From Alphaproteobacteria bacterium (GTDB lineage Bacteria > Pseudomonadota > Alphaproteobacteria > UBA7887), in contig CBDCGL010000011.1 of assembly GCA_965216755.1 (NCBI GenBank), positions 2,912,001 to 2,976,000 on the forward strand: a DNA stretch of 64,000 nt, given 5' to 3'. The position numbers and the translations under genes are program-made. Under the pieces are notes generated by a model. That model was not told the DNA's origin. It did not search any database and saw only the letters and a program-made list of their open reading frames with translations. Position 1 is the stretch's first letter. Every line of letters begins with the position of its first letter. Below, piece by piece: positions 36,484 to 47,604 of this stretch.

Positions 36484-37113
36484 ATGCCCTGGAGCCGAGA
36501 CGATATTTGCCGGCGCGCCGCCGCCGAATTGCATGACGGGTTTTACGTCAATTTGGGCATCGGATTGCCCACCGCGGTAGCCAATTTCGTACCCGACGAC
36601 GTTCATGTCACCTTGCAGAGCGAAAATGGCATGCTCGGCATGGGACCTTTTCCGATGGAAAACGAGGTCGATGCGGATCTGATCAACGCCGGCAAACAGA
36701 CCGTGTCTGAACTGCCCGAGTCGGTTTATTTTGATAGCGCCGAATCGTTTGCCATGATCCGTGGCGGGCATATCGATCTGTCGATCCTCGGCGCCCTGCA
36801 AGTGGCGGAGAATGGCGATCTCGCCAACTGGATGATCCCCGGCAAAATGGTCAAGGGCATGGGCGGCGCCATGGACCTGGTCGCGGGCGTCAAGCGCGTG
36901 GTCGTGCTGATGGATCACAACGCCAAGGACGGCTCGGCCAAGCTCGTGAAAAGCTGCAGTCTGCCGCTGACCGGCGCCGGTGTTGTGGACTTGGTGATTA
37001 CCGATCTGGGCGTGTTTGATTTTACCCCAGACGGCGTGCGCGTCGTCGAGCTGGCGGATAGCGTCACGATCGACGACATTCGCGAACGCAGCGAAGCGGC
37101 GATCGTGCAATAG
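36484..37113 (+). CDS. scoB: succinyl-CoA:3-oxoacid CoA-transferase subunit B
   Basis: VNLGIG.PT, QSENG (catalytic Glu), GMGGAMDLV. Confidence 0.92.
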   Translation: MPWSRDDICRRAAAELHDGFYVNLGIGLPTAVANFVPDDVHVTLQSENGMLGMGPFPMENEVDADLINAGKQTVSELPESVYFDSAESFAMIRGGHIDLSILGALQVAENGDLANWMIPGKMVKGMGGAMDLVAGVKRVVVLMDHNAKDGSAKLVKSCSLPLTGAGVVDLVITDLGVFDFTPDGVRVVELADSVTIDDIRERSEAAIVQ

Positions 37114-37131
37114 CCGCGGTCGACGCGGCCG

Positions 37132-37650
37132 ATGGGCCCCGAACATTTTCGAACCTTCGCGCGCTACAACGCCTGGGCCAATCGGCGCTTGTATGACGCC
37201 TGCGCGCAATTGTCCGACGCCGATTACACGCGGCCGCGACCGGCCTTTTTTGGCAGCCTACACGGCACACTGAACCACCTTCTGGTCGGCGACCGCGCCT
37301 GGCTTGGGCGGTTGACGGCGACCGACCCCGGAATCATGTCGCTGGATCAAGAGCTCCATGCTGATTTCGCCAGCCTGCGCGCCGCGCGCGAACAGGAAGA
37401 TCGGCGCATCCAGGCATTTGTTGACGCCTTGACCGGCGACGATCTGATCCGGCCCGTGCACTACCGCACCATGACGATGGGTGGCCAAGACCACAACGAC
37501 ACCGTCGCCACCATTCTGACCCATTTGTTCAACCACCAAACCCATCATCGTGGCCAAGCCCATGGTCTTCTCAGCCATGCCGGCGTCGCGCCGCCGCCGC
37601 TGGACCTGATCTATTTCTTGCGCCAGACCAAACCCACCGCTCAGACGTAG
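37132..37650 (+). CDS. DinB family protein
   Basis: YNAWAN, FFGSLHGTLNH, H.FNHQTHHRGQ. Confidence 0.9.
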   Translation: MGPEHFRTFARYNAWANRRLYDACAQLSDADYTRPRPAFFGSLHGTLNHLLVGDRAWLGRLTATDPGIMSLDQELHADFASLRAAREQEDRRIQAFVDALTGDDLIRPVHYRTMTMGGQDHNDTVATILTHLFNHQTHHRGQAHGLLSHAGVAPPPLDLIYFLRQTKPTAQT

Positions 37651-38885
37651 CGGATGAACATGCTGTTGATGGCGTTGAAGGCGGCAAACAGAAGGTCAAA
37701 ATCGCGCTTGAACGCCGACCACGTCATGCCTCCACGCGCGGCGTCGAGGGCGACCTGGATGTCGGCCAGGGTGCGCGCGCCATCGATCCGCGCCAGAATC
37801 GCCGGCCCCGATCGCGGCAGCGGATAGGTTACCCGCAATCCGTCCAAATCGGCGCTCAGCGGCGCGCCGGGCTTGAGCCCGCGCGCCAGTGCCGGGCCAT
37901 CGCCGTCGCGTAGCACGGGGATCGCGTCAGCTTGATCCGGTTCAGCGACACGGCCGGCCACGGACCCTTTGACCAAATAGACGACATGACGCTTGATCGA
38001 TCCGCTGAACAATTCGGCGGCGGCACAGGCGTCGGGCCAAGGCAATGCGCCAAATTCTGTCACCAGTTTCGGATCGCGGACATAGGTGCGCGGATCATAG
38101 CGGCAGGGTTCGACAAGGACCGTAACCGCCAGTCCGGCGTGGGCGACCAATTCAAACAATTCCGGCACCAGATAGGCGCGGTCGCGGGCGTGTAACAACA
38201 AGTCATAGAGGCCGGCATCGTCGCCATGCAGATGGTCCGCGACATAGGGGTTTCGGGCCAGCCAGTTACTTGCCGGCATGGCGCGCAACAGGCGCCGCAC
38301 CAGGGCCAGTCGTTTGCTGTCGGCGGCGCCTGGGCTGAGCAAATGCACCAGCGCCTGCATGGGATAAACGCCGGTGCGGCCGAGCGCGCCATAGACCATG
38401 ACCCCCATGCCGCCGTCCGGGGCGAGGGCGTCGGCCAGAGTGGCCAGGCCATCGGCGGGATCGCCGAGATGGTGAAGCACGCCACAGCAGTCGATATAGT
38501 CGAACTGGCCATGGCGCGGCGCATCCAGCAAGCTGCCTTCGATAAACCGTATATTGGTGAGCCGGCGAGTTTTGGCGCGCGCTTCGGCAATGGTTTTGGC
38601 GGCCCGCGACAAGTCGAGATAGACTACCTCCGCATCGGCGTCGCACCAGGCCAGTTGTTGAGCCAGCATGATCGCGGCATCGCCTGTGCCGCCGCCCGCG
38701 ATCAACGCCCGAAAAGGTTGTTTGAAATCGCGGCGGCCGCCGAAAACGTAGTGATTGAGTTCGTCCAGATGACTGGGTGAACCGGTAATCAGGCGTTTGG
38801 CTTCGTCGGCCGGATCGCGCGCCGGATAGGGAAATGCCTCATACTGTGCATGCACACGGTTATCGTCGGCCGCCCGATCCGCCAT
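37641..38885 (-). CDS. class I SAM-dependent methyltransferase
   Basis: QYE.FPYP, LIAGGGTG, FDYIDCCGVLHH, MVY...GR motifs. Confidence 0.85.
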   Translation of the reverse strand: MADRAADDNRVHAQYEAFPYPARDPADEAKRLITGSPSHLDELNHYVFGGRRDFKQPFRALIAGGGTGDAAIMLAQQLAWCDADAEVVYLDLSRAAKTIAEARAKTRRLTNIRFIEGSLLDAPRHGQFDYIDCCGVLHHLGDPADGLATLADALAPDGGMGVMVYGALGRTGVYPMQALVHLLSPGAADSKRLALVRRLLRAMPASNWLARNPYVADHLHGDDAGLYDLLLHARDRAYLVPELFELVAHAGLAVTVLVEPCRYDPRTYVRDPKLVTEFGALPWPDACAAAELFSGSIKRHVVYLVKGSVAGRVAEPDQADAIPVLRDGDGPALARGLKPGAPLSADLDGLRVTYPLPRSGPAILARIDGARTLADIQVALDAARGGMTWSAFKRDFDLLFAAFNAINSMFIRYV

Positions 38886-38904
38886 GGTTGAAACGCGCGA
38901 TGAC

Positions 38905-39882
38905 CTAGCCGCGGCCCATGTCGAGGACGACCTTGCCGGTCGAGCGCCGATCGCGCAGCATCCATAACGCCTCGCGCGCTTTGTCCATCGGCAGCAGATG
39001 GGAAATATGTGGCTTGAGACGCCCTTCGGCGTACCAACCCAGCATGGTGTCGAGCGAACGCATGACAACGTCTGGATCGCGCTCCATATAGGCGCCCCAG
39101 AAAAAGCCAACCGCGGCACAGTTCTTGAGCAGCAAATAGTTGGCTGGAATCTGCGGGATCGTGCCGCTGGCGAATCCAATCACGATCAGCCGCCCTTCCC
39201 AATTGATGGCGCGGAGACTTTCCTTGAGCAGGTCACCGCCGACCGGGTCATAGACCACGTCGGCGCCACCGGTCAGTTCCAGAACCCGATCGCGCAGACT
39301 TTCCTTGGTATAGTCGATCAGATGATCGGCGCCGGCGGCTTTGGCGACAGCGAGTTTTTCAGCCGACGACGCGGTGGCGATGACGGTCGCGCCCATTTGT
39401 TTGCCGATTTCGACCGCGGTCAGACCAACCCCGCCGGATGCCCCCAGCACAAGCAGCGTTTCGCCGGCCTGTAAGCGCGCGCGATGGTCCAAGGCACCAT
39501 GAGACGTGCCATATGCCACCGGAAAGGCAGCGGCGTCGGCGAAACTCATCGAATCGGGAATCGGCACAACGCGTTTTGCATCGCACACGGCCTCCTCCGC
39601 ATAGCCGCCGATTGATGTCATGGCCAACACCCGCGTGCCCGGTGCCGGCGCAGTGACACCCTCGCCGCATTCGACGACCACACCCGATGCTTCCATGCCG
39701 GGAATGAATGGCAATTCGGGTCGCGCTTGATATTTCCCCTCGATGATCAGGGTATCGGCGAAATTGATGCCGCAGGCGTGCACTTCCAGGCGCACTTGAC
39801 CGGGGCCGACAACTGGCGCCGGCACATTTTCAACGACAAGGCCATCGGCCCCACGCAATTCCTTGCAAAGCACTGCGCGCAC
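38905..39882 (-). CDS. NADPH:quinone oxidoreductase family protein (MDR)
   Basis: GINFAD...G.YQ, LVLGASGGVG, VYDPVGG, GKVVL. Confidence 0.9.
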   Translation of the reverse strand: MRAVLCKELRGADGLVVENVPAPVVGPGQVRLEVHACGINFADTLIIEGKYQARPELPFIPGMEASGVVVECGEGVTAPAPGTRVLAMTSIGGYAEEAVCDAKRVVPIPDSMSFADAAAFPVAYGTSHGALDHRARLQAGETLLVLGASGGVGLTAVEIGKQMGATVIATASSAEKLAVAKAAGADHLIDYTKESLRDRVLELTGGADVVYDPVGGDLLKESLRAINWEGRLIVIGFASGTIPQIPANYLLLKNCAAVGFFWGAYMERDPDVVMRSLDTMLGWYAEGRLKPHISHLLPMDKAREALWMLRDRRSTGKVVLDMGRG

Positions 39883-39980
39883 GGCTTTATATCTCCTGCT
39901 GCGATGGTGACGGCCGCTATATTAGAGGCGCGCGCGTGATCCCGCCATGGCAACGGAGGCGGCGGCGGCATGCACACGTG

Positions 39981-40022
39981 GCATGTGCCGAACGAGAGGG
40001 TGCATGTGCCGAACAAGAGGAT
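39981..40022 (+). repeat. 21-bp tandem direct repeat (2 copies plus a degenerate third)
   Basis: GCATGTGCCGAACGAGAGGGT / GCATGTGCCGAACAAGAGGAT. Confidence 0.75.
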
Positions 40023-40038
40023 GAACGTGACGGACAAT

Positions 40039-40602
40039 ATGCGCGGTTATTTCGCACTGGGCGTCGAGGGTATTTCCAAGCCCATGAACCTGGGCAATGT
40101 CCTGCGTTCCGCTCACGCGTTCGGCGCCAGTTGGGTGTTCACGGTGCGCGCGGATTTTTCGCGTCATCGGGCCAAATCCGACACCACCCTGGTCGCAGAG
40201 AGCGTGCCCTATTACCGCTATGACGCGCCCGAACAGGTTGAATTGCCGCAAGGCTGCGAGCTGATCGGTGTGGAATTGACCGACGCGGCCGTCGATCTGC
40301 CAAGCTTTCGTCACCCGCGCTGCGCCGCCTATGTGCTGGGACCCGAACGCGGTACCTTAAGTGCGGCGATGATCGCGCGTTGCGATCATGTCGTGAAGAT
40401 TCCGACGCGATTTTGTATCAATGTCGGCGTTGCCGGCGCGATTGTCATGTACGACCGCATGATCACGATCGGTCGCTTTGCCGAACGTCCGGTCTCGACT
40501 CGCGGCAAGGCCGTCCCCATGTCACCGCATGTGTTTGGTGCGCCGTTGGTCCGCGATCGCGACCACGGCCGCTACAAACGAAAACCAGAGCAAAAATCCT
40601 GA
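40039..40602 (+). CDS. TrmH/SpoU family RNA methyltransferase
   Basis: N.GN.LRSA.AFG, LGPERG and CINVGVAGAIVMYD SPOUT motifs. Confidence 0.88.
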   Translation: MRGYFALGVEGISKPMNLGNVLRSAHAFGASWVFTVRADFSRHRAKSDTTLVAESVPYYRYDAPEQVELPQGCELIGVELTDAAVDLPSFRHPRCAAYVLGPERGTLSAAMIARCDHVVKIPTRFCINVGVAGAIVMYDRMITIGRFAERPVSTRGKAVPMSPHVFGAPLVRDRDHGRYKRKPEQKS

Positions 40603-40629
40603 GCCACGAAACGATTGTTGACGTCGAAA

Positions 40630-41190
40630 ATGAAAGAAACGAAACGCCTCGTCTCAACGGCCAAATCGCGACGGCATGTCGCTGCCGCTTTTTTCAGTCT
40701 CGCCCTGGGGGTCGCCCATGTTCACATGGCATCAAACGCACATGCTGAGGACAAAGTGATCGGCATCGAGCGTGATTGGGCGGCCGTCACATTTGAGGAA
40801 AATGGACAATTGGTATGCTACATCGTCAGCCGGCCAACAAAAAGCGCGGGAGAATATACCAAACGCGGCCCCGTCTACGTGCAGGTGACGCGTCGCGCCG
40901 GCGAACCAAACGATGTGGTGAGTTTTCAAGCCGGGTATGCATTCAATCGGTCGGAAACCATCAGCGCCAAAGTCGACGGCAAGGCGTTTGAACTCTATAC
41001 CGATGGGCGCACGCCTGAAACCGCTTGGGCGATCGGCGACGAAGGCGATCGGGCCCTGGTCGGCGCCATGCGCGACGGCGGCAAGCTGGTGATCATCGGT
41101 GTTTCGTCGCGCGGCACCGCAACCACCGACACCTATTCCCTGCTCGGTTTCACCAAGGCCCACGCCATGATTCGCGAGGCGTGCCAATAG
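40630..41190 (+). CDS. invasion associated locus B (IalB) family periplasmic protein
   Basis: Signal peptide; DW....C, AM..G, S.RGT.T.DTYSL.GF..A......C pattern; next to rlmN; start uncertain. Confidence 0.8.
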   Translation: MKETKRLVSTAKSRRHVAAAFFSLALGVAHVHMASNAHAEDKVIGIERDWAAVTFEENGQLVCYIVSRPTKSAGEYTKRGPVYVQVTRRAGEPNDVVSFQAGYAFNRSETISAKVDGKAFELYTDGRTPETAWAIGDEGDRALVGAMRDGGKLVIIGVSSRGTATTDTYSLLGFTKAHAMIREACQ

Positions 41191-41191
41191 C

Positions 41192-42343
41192 ATGCCCGGC
41201 GATGTCGCCCAGGTTGTCGATTTGGCAGTGGCCCCACCGCTGCCGACCGACGCGTGCCGACCGCTGATCGGCTTGGAGCGCGCAGCCCTGGGCGACGCGC
41301 TCGGCGCCTTAGAGGCGCCCGCCTTTCGCGCCAAGCAGGTTTGGCATTGGCTTTACTATCGCGGCGTACGCGATTTCGACGCCATGGCCACCTTGCCCAA
41401 GCAGATGCGCCAAGCCCTGGCCGCGCGCTATTCCATTGCCCGGCCCGAGGTCAGCCGCCTGCAAATTTCGGCTGATGGCACCCGCAAATGGCTATTGCGG
41501 TTCGCTGACGGACACGAAGCGGAAACCGTCCATATTCCAGAAGACGATCGCGGCGCGCTGTGCATATCGTCGCAGGTGGGCTGCACGCTCACCTGCCGCT
41601 TTTGCCATACCGGTACGCAAAAACTGGTGCGCAATCTGACGGCCGAAGAGATTGTCGCGCAATTGCTGGTCGCCCGTGACACATTGGGGGAATGGCCGTC
41701 GCCGGCGCAGGGTCGCATGATCTCGAACGTCGTGCTGATGGGCATGGGTGAACCCTTGTACAATTTCGACAACGTCGCACGGGCGGTGCGGATTTTCATG
41801 GACGGCGAGGGCATCTCCCTGTCCAAGCGGCGGATCACATTGTCAACGTCCGGCGTGGTACCGATGATCGAACGGTGCGGCCAAGAACTCGGTGTCAATT
41901 TGGCGGTGTCCTTGCACGCGGTCAGCGACGACGTGCGCGACATTTTGGTGCCGATAAATCGCAAATATCCGATCGCCGCGTTGCTGAACGCATGCCGGGC
42001 TTATCCGACCGGCAGCAATGCGCGGCGCATCACATTTGAATATGTCATGTTGGCCGGCGTGAACGACTCAAATGCCGACGCGCGCGCGCTGACGCGATTG
42101 TTGAAAGGCATTCCCGCCAAGGTCAATTTAATCCCCTTCAATCCGTGGCCGGGCGCGCCCTATACATGCTCCAGCAACAACCGGATTCATGCCTTTGCCA
42201 AGATTGTCAACGATGCCGGCTATTCAGCGCCGGTGCGCGTGCCACGCGGCCGCGATATTCTGGCCGCGTGTGGTCAGCTTAAATCCGCCAGCGAACGGGC
42301 CCGTCGGGCGCGCACCGGTTTGGACGCCGGCGCCGCCGTCTGA
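41192..42343 (+). CDS. rlmN: dual-specificity RNA methyltransferase RlmN
   Basis: [16 protein letters not shown] radical-SAM motif, [18 protein letters not shown]. Confidence 0.96.
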   Translation: MPGDVAQVVDLAVAPPLPTDACRPLIGLERAALGDALGALEAPAFRAKQVWHWLYYRGVRDFDAMATLPKQMRQALAARYSIARPEVSRLQISADGTRKWLLRFADGHEAETVHIPEDDRGALCISSQVGCTLTCRFCHTGTQKLVRNLTAEEIVAQLLVARDTLGEWPSPAQGRMISNVVLMGMGEPLYNFDNVARAVRIFMDGEGISLSKRRITLSTSGVVPMIERCGQELGVNLAVSLHAVSDDVRDILVPINRKYPIAALLNACRAYPTGSNARRITFEYVMLAGVNDSNADARALTRLLKGIPAKVNLIPFNPWPGAPYTCSSNNRIHAFAKIVNDAGYSAPVRVPRGRDILAACGQLKSASERARRARTGLDAGAAV

Positions 42344-42367
42344 ATGTATTGAGACTTGGGAGACCAC

Positions 42368-43591
42368 ATGACCGACGACATCAAGAAAGTGGTGCTGGCC
42401 TATTCCGGCGGCCTGGACACATCGGTCATATTGCGATGGTTGCAGGAAACCTATCGCTGCGAAGTCATCACATTTACCGCCGACCTTGGCCAAGGCGAGG
42501 AATTGGAGCCGGCGCGGGCCAAGGCCGAGATGTTTGGGGTCAAGCAGATCTATATCGAAGATCTGCGCGAGACTTTTGTGCGCGACTATGTATTTCCCAT
42601 GTTCCGCGCCAACGCCATTTATGAAGACACCTATCTTTTGGGGACCTCTATTGCGCGGCCGCTGATCGCCAAACGCCAAATTGAGATCGCCGCGGAGACC
42701 GGCGCCGACGCGGTTTCTCATGGCGCCACCGGCAAAGGCAATGACCAGGTTCGGTTCGAGCTCGGCTATTATGCCCTGCAGCCCAATATTAAGGTCATCG
42801 CGCCATGGCGCGAATGGGATTTGAACTCGCGCACGGCCCTGATCGCCTATGCGGAACAGCATCAGATTCCGATACCGCGCGGCAAGCGCGGCGAGCCGCC
42901 CTATTCGACCGACGCCAATCTGCTGCACATTTCGTATGAAGGCAAAGCCCTCGAGGATCCTTGGCAGGAAGCCGACGAGGAGATGTTTACCCGCAGCGTC
43001 GCGCCCGAGGCGGCGCCCGATACGCCCACCTATGTGGAAATTGATTTTGAACGCGGCGACCCGGTCGCCGTCGACGGCGTCACGTTGGCGCCCGCCGCAC
43101 TGCTGACCCGCCTGAACGAAATGGCCGGCGCCAATGGCATCGGCCGCGCTGATATCGTCGAAAGCCGCTTTGTCGGCATGAAATCCCGCGGCGTGTACGA
43201 GACCCCGGGCGGCACGCTCTGGTTCATTGCGCGTCGGGCAATGGAAAGTCTGACCCTGGATCGCGGCCAAATCCAATTGAAGGACGCCTTGATGCCGCGC
43301 TATGCGGAGCTGGTCTATAACGGATTTTGGTGGTCGCCAGAGCGCGAGGCGCTGCAAGCCGCGATCGACCTGACCCAAAGCGCGGTCACGGGCACCGTGC
43401 GCCTGAAGCTTTACAAGGGCAACGCCATGGTGGTCGGCCGCAAATCGCCTTACAGCCTGTATGACGAAGATGTCGCGACGTTCGAAGAGGATTCGGTCTA
43501 CGACCAGCGCGACGCCGCGGGCTTCATCAAATTGCAGGCTTTGCGGCTGCGCACGCTCAAGGCCCGTCGCGATCCAGATCGCGGCGCATGA
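42368..43591 (+). CDS. argG: argininosuccinate synthase
   Basis: [33 protein letters not shown]. Confidence 0.97.
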   Translation: MTDDIKKVVLAYSGGLDTSVILRWLQETYRCEVITFTADLGQGEELEPARAKAEMFGVKQIYIEDLRETFVRDYVFPMFRANAIYEDTYLLGTSIARPLIAKRQIEIAAETGADAVSHGATGKGNDQVRFELGYYALQPNIKVIAPWREWDLNSRTALIAYAEQHQIPIPRGKRGEPPYSTDANLLHISYEGKALEDPWQEADEEMFTRSVAPEAAPDTPTYVEIDFERGDPVAVDGVTLAPAALLTRLNEMAGANGIGRADIVESRFVGMKSRGVYETPGGTLWFIARRAMESLTLDRGQIQLKDALMPRYAELVYNGFWWSPEREALQAAIDLTQSAVTGTVRLKLYKGNAMVVGRKSPYSLYDEDVATFEEDSVYDQRDAAGFIKLQALRLRTLKARRDPDRGA

Positions 43592-43889
43592 TCTGCAAGA
43601 GCCGCTTCGGGTCGCCGGCCACGCGAACGCGTTTGCGCCGATCCTTGGTGCCGCCGATTAGGGTGAGGCATCGGGCGGGTAGGCGCCAATGCTTGGCCAA
43701 GAGCTTGATCACCGCGGCATTGGCCTTGCCGCCATCGGCTGCGGCGGTTACCCGGACCCGCAATTGGGCGTGGCCGTCGGCATCGATGATGACCCCATCG
43801 ACGGCGGCCCGGCCGGCTTTGGGCGTCACCCGCAGGCGCACCTGAACGCCGTCGGCGTCAGCATGAAACGGCCCGTCGTCGGTTGGCAA
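43557..43889 (-). CDS. DUF167/YggU family protein
   Basis: VTPKA, RVTA...GKAN.A...LA and GG.K.R.K motifs; downstream of yggT. Confidence 0.82.
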   Translation of the reverse strand: MPTDDGPFHADADGVQVRLRVTPKAGRAAVDGVIIDADGHAQLRVRVTAAADGGKANAAVIKLLAKHWRLPARCLTLIGGTKDRRKRVRVAGDPKRLLQIMRRDLDRDGP

Positions 43890-43903
43890 GGAGCGGCACT
43901 AGA

Positions 43904-44209
43904 TCAATAGCTGATCACGCCGAGACCGCGCGCCAACCATCCAAGAATGACCACATTCTTCAGGAATATCAGTGCGATGATGGCAACCAGCGGCGACAAG
44001 TCGATGCCCCCGAGATCAGGCAAAAAGCGGCGGATGGGCGCCAGCACCGGCTCGGTCAGCCGGTAGATCACCATCGAAACCGTGTTGACGAAGCGGTTGT
44101 GCATGTTGACCACGTTGAACGCGACCAGCCAACTCAGGATCGCGCCGATGATGAACACCCAGATGTAAAGGTCCACCAACCAGGCCAGGAATTGCAGAAG
44201 TTCGAACAT
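43904..44209 (-). CDS. yggT: YggT family membrane protein
   Basis: ILSWL, LTEPVLAPIRRFLP..GGIDLSP. Confidence 0.9.
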   Translation of the reverse strand: MFELLQFLAWLVDLYIWVFIIGAILSWLVAFNVVNMHNRFVNTVSMVIYRLTEPVLAPIRRFLPDLGGIDLSPLVAIIALIFLKNVVILGWLARGLGVISY

Positions 44210-44348
44210 AGGGAAGGACTGCTGTCTTGTTGGGACGCCGTGCGGGAGAGATGATTAGGCGGCACGACCAGCACACTATAGCACGCCGCTGTGACGCGAA
44301 CCGGAAATGTCGCACGCCAATGGCATTCGAGGCGCCAAATCACGGTGG

Positions 44349-44377
44349 TTGACTTGCGTGGCGACGCCGGTCATATC
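44349..44377 (+). promoter_or_regulatory. putative sigma70 promoter of tRNA-Ala
   Basis: TTGACT-N17-CATATC about 40 nt upstream of the tRNA. Confidence 0.4.
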
Positions 44378-44418
44378 ATCCCGATGGAAGCTTGTCGGCG
44401 GTGACTGTCGGCAACTTT

Positions 44419-44494
<76 letters not shown>

Positions 44495-44582
44495 AATTTC
44501 GTTTGCCGGCAGCCGCCACGCCAACCCTGCCCGCGTGGTTTCGGTTCGAGGATGCGCCTGTCACCTCCAATTCTTTCAGGGG

Positions 44583-44632
44583 CCTGCCCGGAGACATAGG
44601 TCACATTTTGTACCTAAGACATGGGTGACAAG
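44583..44632 (-). mobile_element. orphan IS481-family-like terminal sequence (remnant, no transposase)
   Basis: Minus strand TTGTCACCCATGTCTTAGGTACAAAATGTGACCTATGTCTCCGGG; two AGACAT(A/G)GGT(C/G)ACA units 25 bp apart; encodes LSPMS*, recalled as an IS481 transposase C-terminus. Confidence 0.6.
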
Positions 44633-45040
44633 CACCAGGCAAGCGGGTCACAATTCGGCGTGCGCCCGATGGTGGGCACAGCACCCGCGACCGGTTCCCT
44701 TCCCCCGCGCCTAAGTTCCACGATCGCTTGAGTCAATACGCAGCGCGAACCCAGACACGGCCACACGACAGGATCGCGGCGGCGTGTTATCGGGCCGGCA
44801 AATAAGCGAACACGGGCTTGGTGCGCATCGCTGAACGCAAGGCCGTCATTGCCGGGGTGGGCGCCGCGCCGCGCGGGACCGTCGCGTTGGCGGCATTGGC
44901 GTCGGTTCAGGCGGCGGCATAGGCGCCGCGTCCGCTGTCGATCGAACACTGTACGAAAATACTCGTCACTTTAGACGTTTAGAAATAGCCGAAAACTGAA
45001 GTCGCACACGCTTATTGCGGCGCTCTGCGGGAACGTGGCT

Positions 45041-46910
45041 TTAGTTGTCTTGTGGTGGCTCGGTGGGCACTTCCAGGCCGGCCTTGCGCAAGCCATCCAT
45101 CAAGTCGTCGACAAGATCATCGGGCATGCGACGCTTGACGTACGAGTCACGGGGATCATTGGCGAACTCAGGATGAATGGCGAGGACACGGTTAAGGGTG
45201 GCTTTCGCTGTCTCAAGTTCACCGAGCTGTGCGTAAACCGCCGCTAAGGCTCCCTGGACCATGAAGTTCTGAGGAAGGTCCGCCTTTTGTAACTCGACAA
45301 GAGCCTCGCGATATTCGCCCTTGCGACAAAAGTCGAGAGACAGAGGAAAGTGTATCCAACTTGGATAGGATGGGTTGAGCTGCATCGCCCGGCGAAGCAT
45401 TTCACCACCACGCTCCCACTCACCCGCATAGGACGTCCAATTGCCAAGGTCACCAATCATTGTCGAGTCGTAAGGATTGAGTGCGATTGCCTTGTCGGTC
45501 ATGGCGTAGAACGTGTCCAGCTTTTCTTCGCGCGCGTGGTAAATTCTTGCCAACAGGTAATAGACCTCGTAGTGCAAAGGGTCGAGTTCCCGCGCACGCT
45601 GGGTCGCCGCCAGCGCGCGGTCCAGCGCATTTGGGCGGACATTGATTTCGTAGGTGTGTTCCTCAAGATACATCCAAGCCAGGTTCAGCCAGCCAGGCGC
45701 ATAGTTCGGTGTGTCTTTAACTGCGTTCTCCAGGCAATTGCGTGCTCGGGCATGCAGCTCGATGTTGTAACTGCCAAAATACTGAGTCGCTAACAAGGTA
45801 CAATCATACGGATCTTGGGGGACGGACGGACTGCGGCTCAGCTTTTGGATCTCGGAAAGCCAGATCGGGCCCCCTACGGGCCCCAAACTCCCGACCACTC
45901 GGGCTGTGATCAGGTCCTGCGCGTCAAGAATGCTGATTGACGCGAGGCTATAGTCAAAGGTTTCCGACCATAGGTGGCCTCCGTTGTTTGCCTCGAGCAA
46001 CTGCGTGGTCACACGCAGTTGGCCCTCCAATTCTCGGACGCTGCCTTCCAAAACGTAACCGGCGCCAAGTGCGGTTCCGACTTCGCGCACATCGATCGGT
46101 TTTCCCTTGTACTGCGACGTTGAATTGCGCGCGATTACTATTAGGCTACGAAACTTCGAGAGCCCCGCGATGATATCGTCGGTCAAGCCATCGCTGAACG
46201 CCTCGTCAGCCAGATCGCCGCTCACATTGTCAAAGGGCAAAACAGCAATCGTTGGTCCAGCCCGGAGCGCCAGCTCTGATGTCGGCAGGCTGTCGAACGC
46301 GCCCCCCAGCCAGAATGCCGCGCCGATCACGGCAATGATGGCAAGCGCGCCGCTCCGGCACCGGTCGGGTGCCGTCACTTTCACCGCGCACGCGATAGAC
46401 GCGCACAGGCTTGTCAATGTTCTTGACCGGCTGCTCGCCCAGAAAATCAAACCCGAAATCAAGCTTGCCTTCCACCGCGTCATAGACCGTGCTGGCAATG
46501 CAGATGCCGCCGGCATCAGCCAGCGCTTCCATGCGCGCGGCGATGTTGACGCCGTCGCCATAGATCGTGCCGTCGTCTTCCTCGATGACATCGCCAAGAT
46601 TGACGCCAACCCGCAGTTGCATACGCCGGTGCTCAGGCAGTTCGGCGTTGCGCCCCTCAATGTTTCTCTGAATTTCGACGGCGGCTTGGACCGCTTCGAC
46701 CGCGCTCGCGAACTCAGCCAGGATGTTGTCACCCGGAGCGTTGACGACACGCCCGTCATGCTGGTCGATCACACGTCCGACCGCGGCACGATATTCCTGT
46801 AACGTGGCGACGGTGGCCGCCTCGTCGTCGCGCATCAGGCGCGAATAAGCCACGACGTCCGCGCTGAGAATTGCCGAAAGTTTTCGTTTCGGGCGCTTGG
46901 TATCGGCCAT
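45041..46910 (-). pseudogene. class III nucleotidyl cyclase-TM-TolB_N-like-TPR protein, frameshifted near 46350
   Basis: Cyclase half (SADVVAYS..GDGVNIAARM) from ATG 46910 with GGAGG RBS; TM, IAVLPF and TPR half continue in another frame to 45041; intact paralogue at 49988. Confidence 0.85.
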
Positions 46911-47135
46911 GACCACCAACCTCCACGGGTCCAGCCGCACATCGACGGTCCGATCAGCATGCTACGACCTGTGTGCGCGGGGATCAATGCAAGCAGAACG
47001 GGCGCCTGTTCGCCCGAATGCGAGCCCTGTGTGAAAACATTCATTGACAGCGGCCAGCCGGTTGCGGCGACAATTGTATTGCTGCACGAACGCGCCGATC
47101 ATTTTGGACGGCGATGAAATGAGGATTTTGGTGAA

Positions 47136-47588
47136 ATGATTGCACTAACAGTTAATGCGACGGCGCACACGGTCGACGTGGCGCCGGATACCCCGCTGCT
47201 GTGGGTGTTGAGAGAACAACTGGGCCTGACCGGAACCAAATATGGCTGTGGAATCGGGGAGTGCGGTGCCTGCAATGTTCACATGAACGGCGAACTGATC
47301 AAGTCGTGCCAAACGTCAATTGGCAAGGCTGCCGGCGCCGACATCACCACGATCGAGGGCTTGGGTAGCGACGGTCTGCACCCCGTTCAGCAGGCGTTTA
47401 TTACAGAGAATGTCACCCAATGCGGCTATTGCATTCCGGGTCAAATCATGACCATCGCCATGATGCTGTATAGCAACCCTGAGCCGACGGATCAGGAGAT
47501 CGATGTTGCTTTGAAAGAAAACTATTGCCGCTGCGGGGCGTACACGCGGATCCGCAAGGCCGTCCACCGTGCCGCTGGTGCGGTTTGA
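47136..47588 (+). CDS. iorA: isoquinoline 1-oxidoreductase alpha-type (2Fe-2S) subunit
   Basis: GTKYGCGIGECGAC..C and QCGYC..CRC motifs. Confidence 0.9.
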   Translation: MIALTVNATAHTVDVAPDTPLLWVLREQLGLTGTKYGCGIGECGACNVHMNGELIKSCQTSIGKAAGADITTIEGLGSDGLHPVQQAFITENVTQCGYCIPGQIMTIAMMLYSNPEPTDQEIDVALKENYCRCGAYTRIRKAVHRAAGAV

Positions 47589-47604
47589 CGAACGGGAGGC
47601 ACAA

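Noticed and set aside
43557-43591. Convergent 3' overlap of argG and the DUF167 gene (also 37641-37650)
   Set aside because: Short convergent overlaps are common in compact GC-rich genomes.
44543-44569. tRNA 3'-end-like fragment (GGTTCGAG...CCTCCA) as an att site
   Set aside because: The T-stem does not pair and it does not match the adjacent tRNA-Ala 3' end; too degenerate to support.
44821-44922. Short frame VRIAERKAVIAGVG resembling a thiolase-like N-terminus
   Set aside because: Only 33 codons with weak similarity; cannot be distinguished from chance.
47044-47074. TTGACA promoter for iorAB
   Set aside because: The best -10 candidate (GACAAT) is at 19-nt spacing; not convincing.
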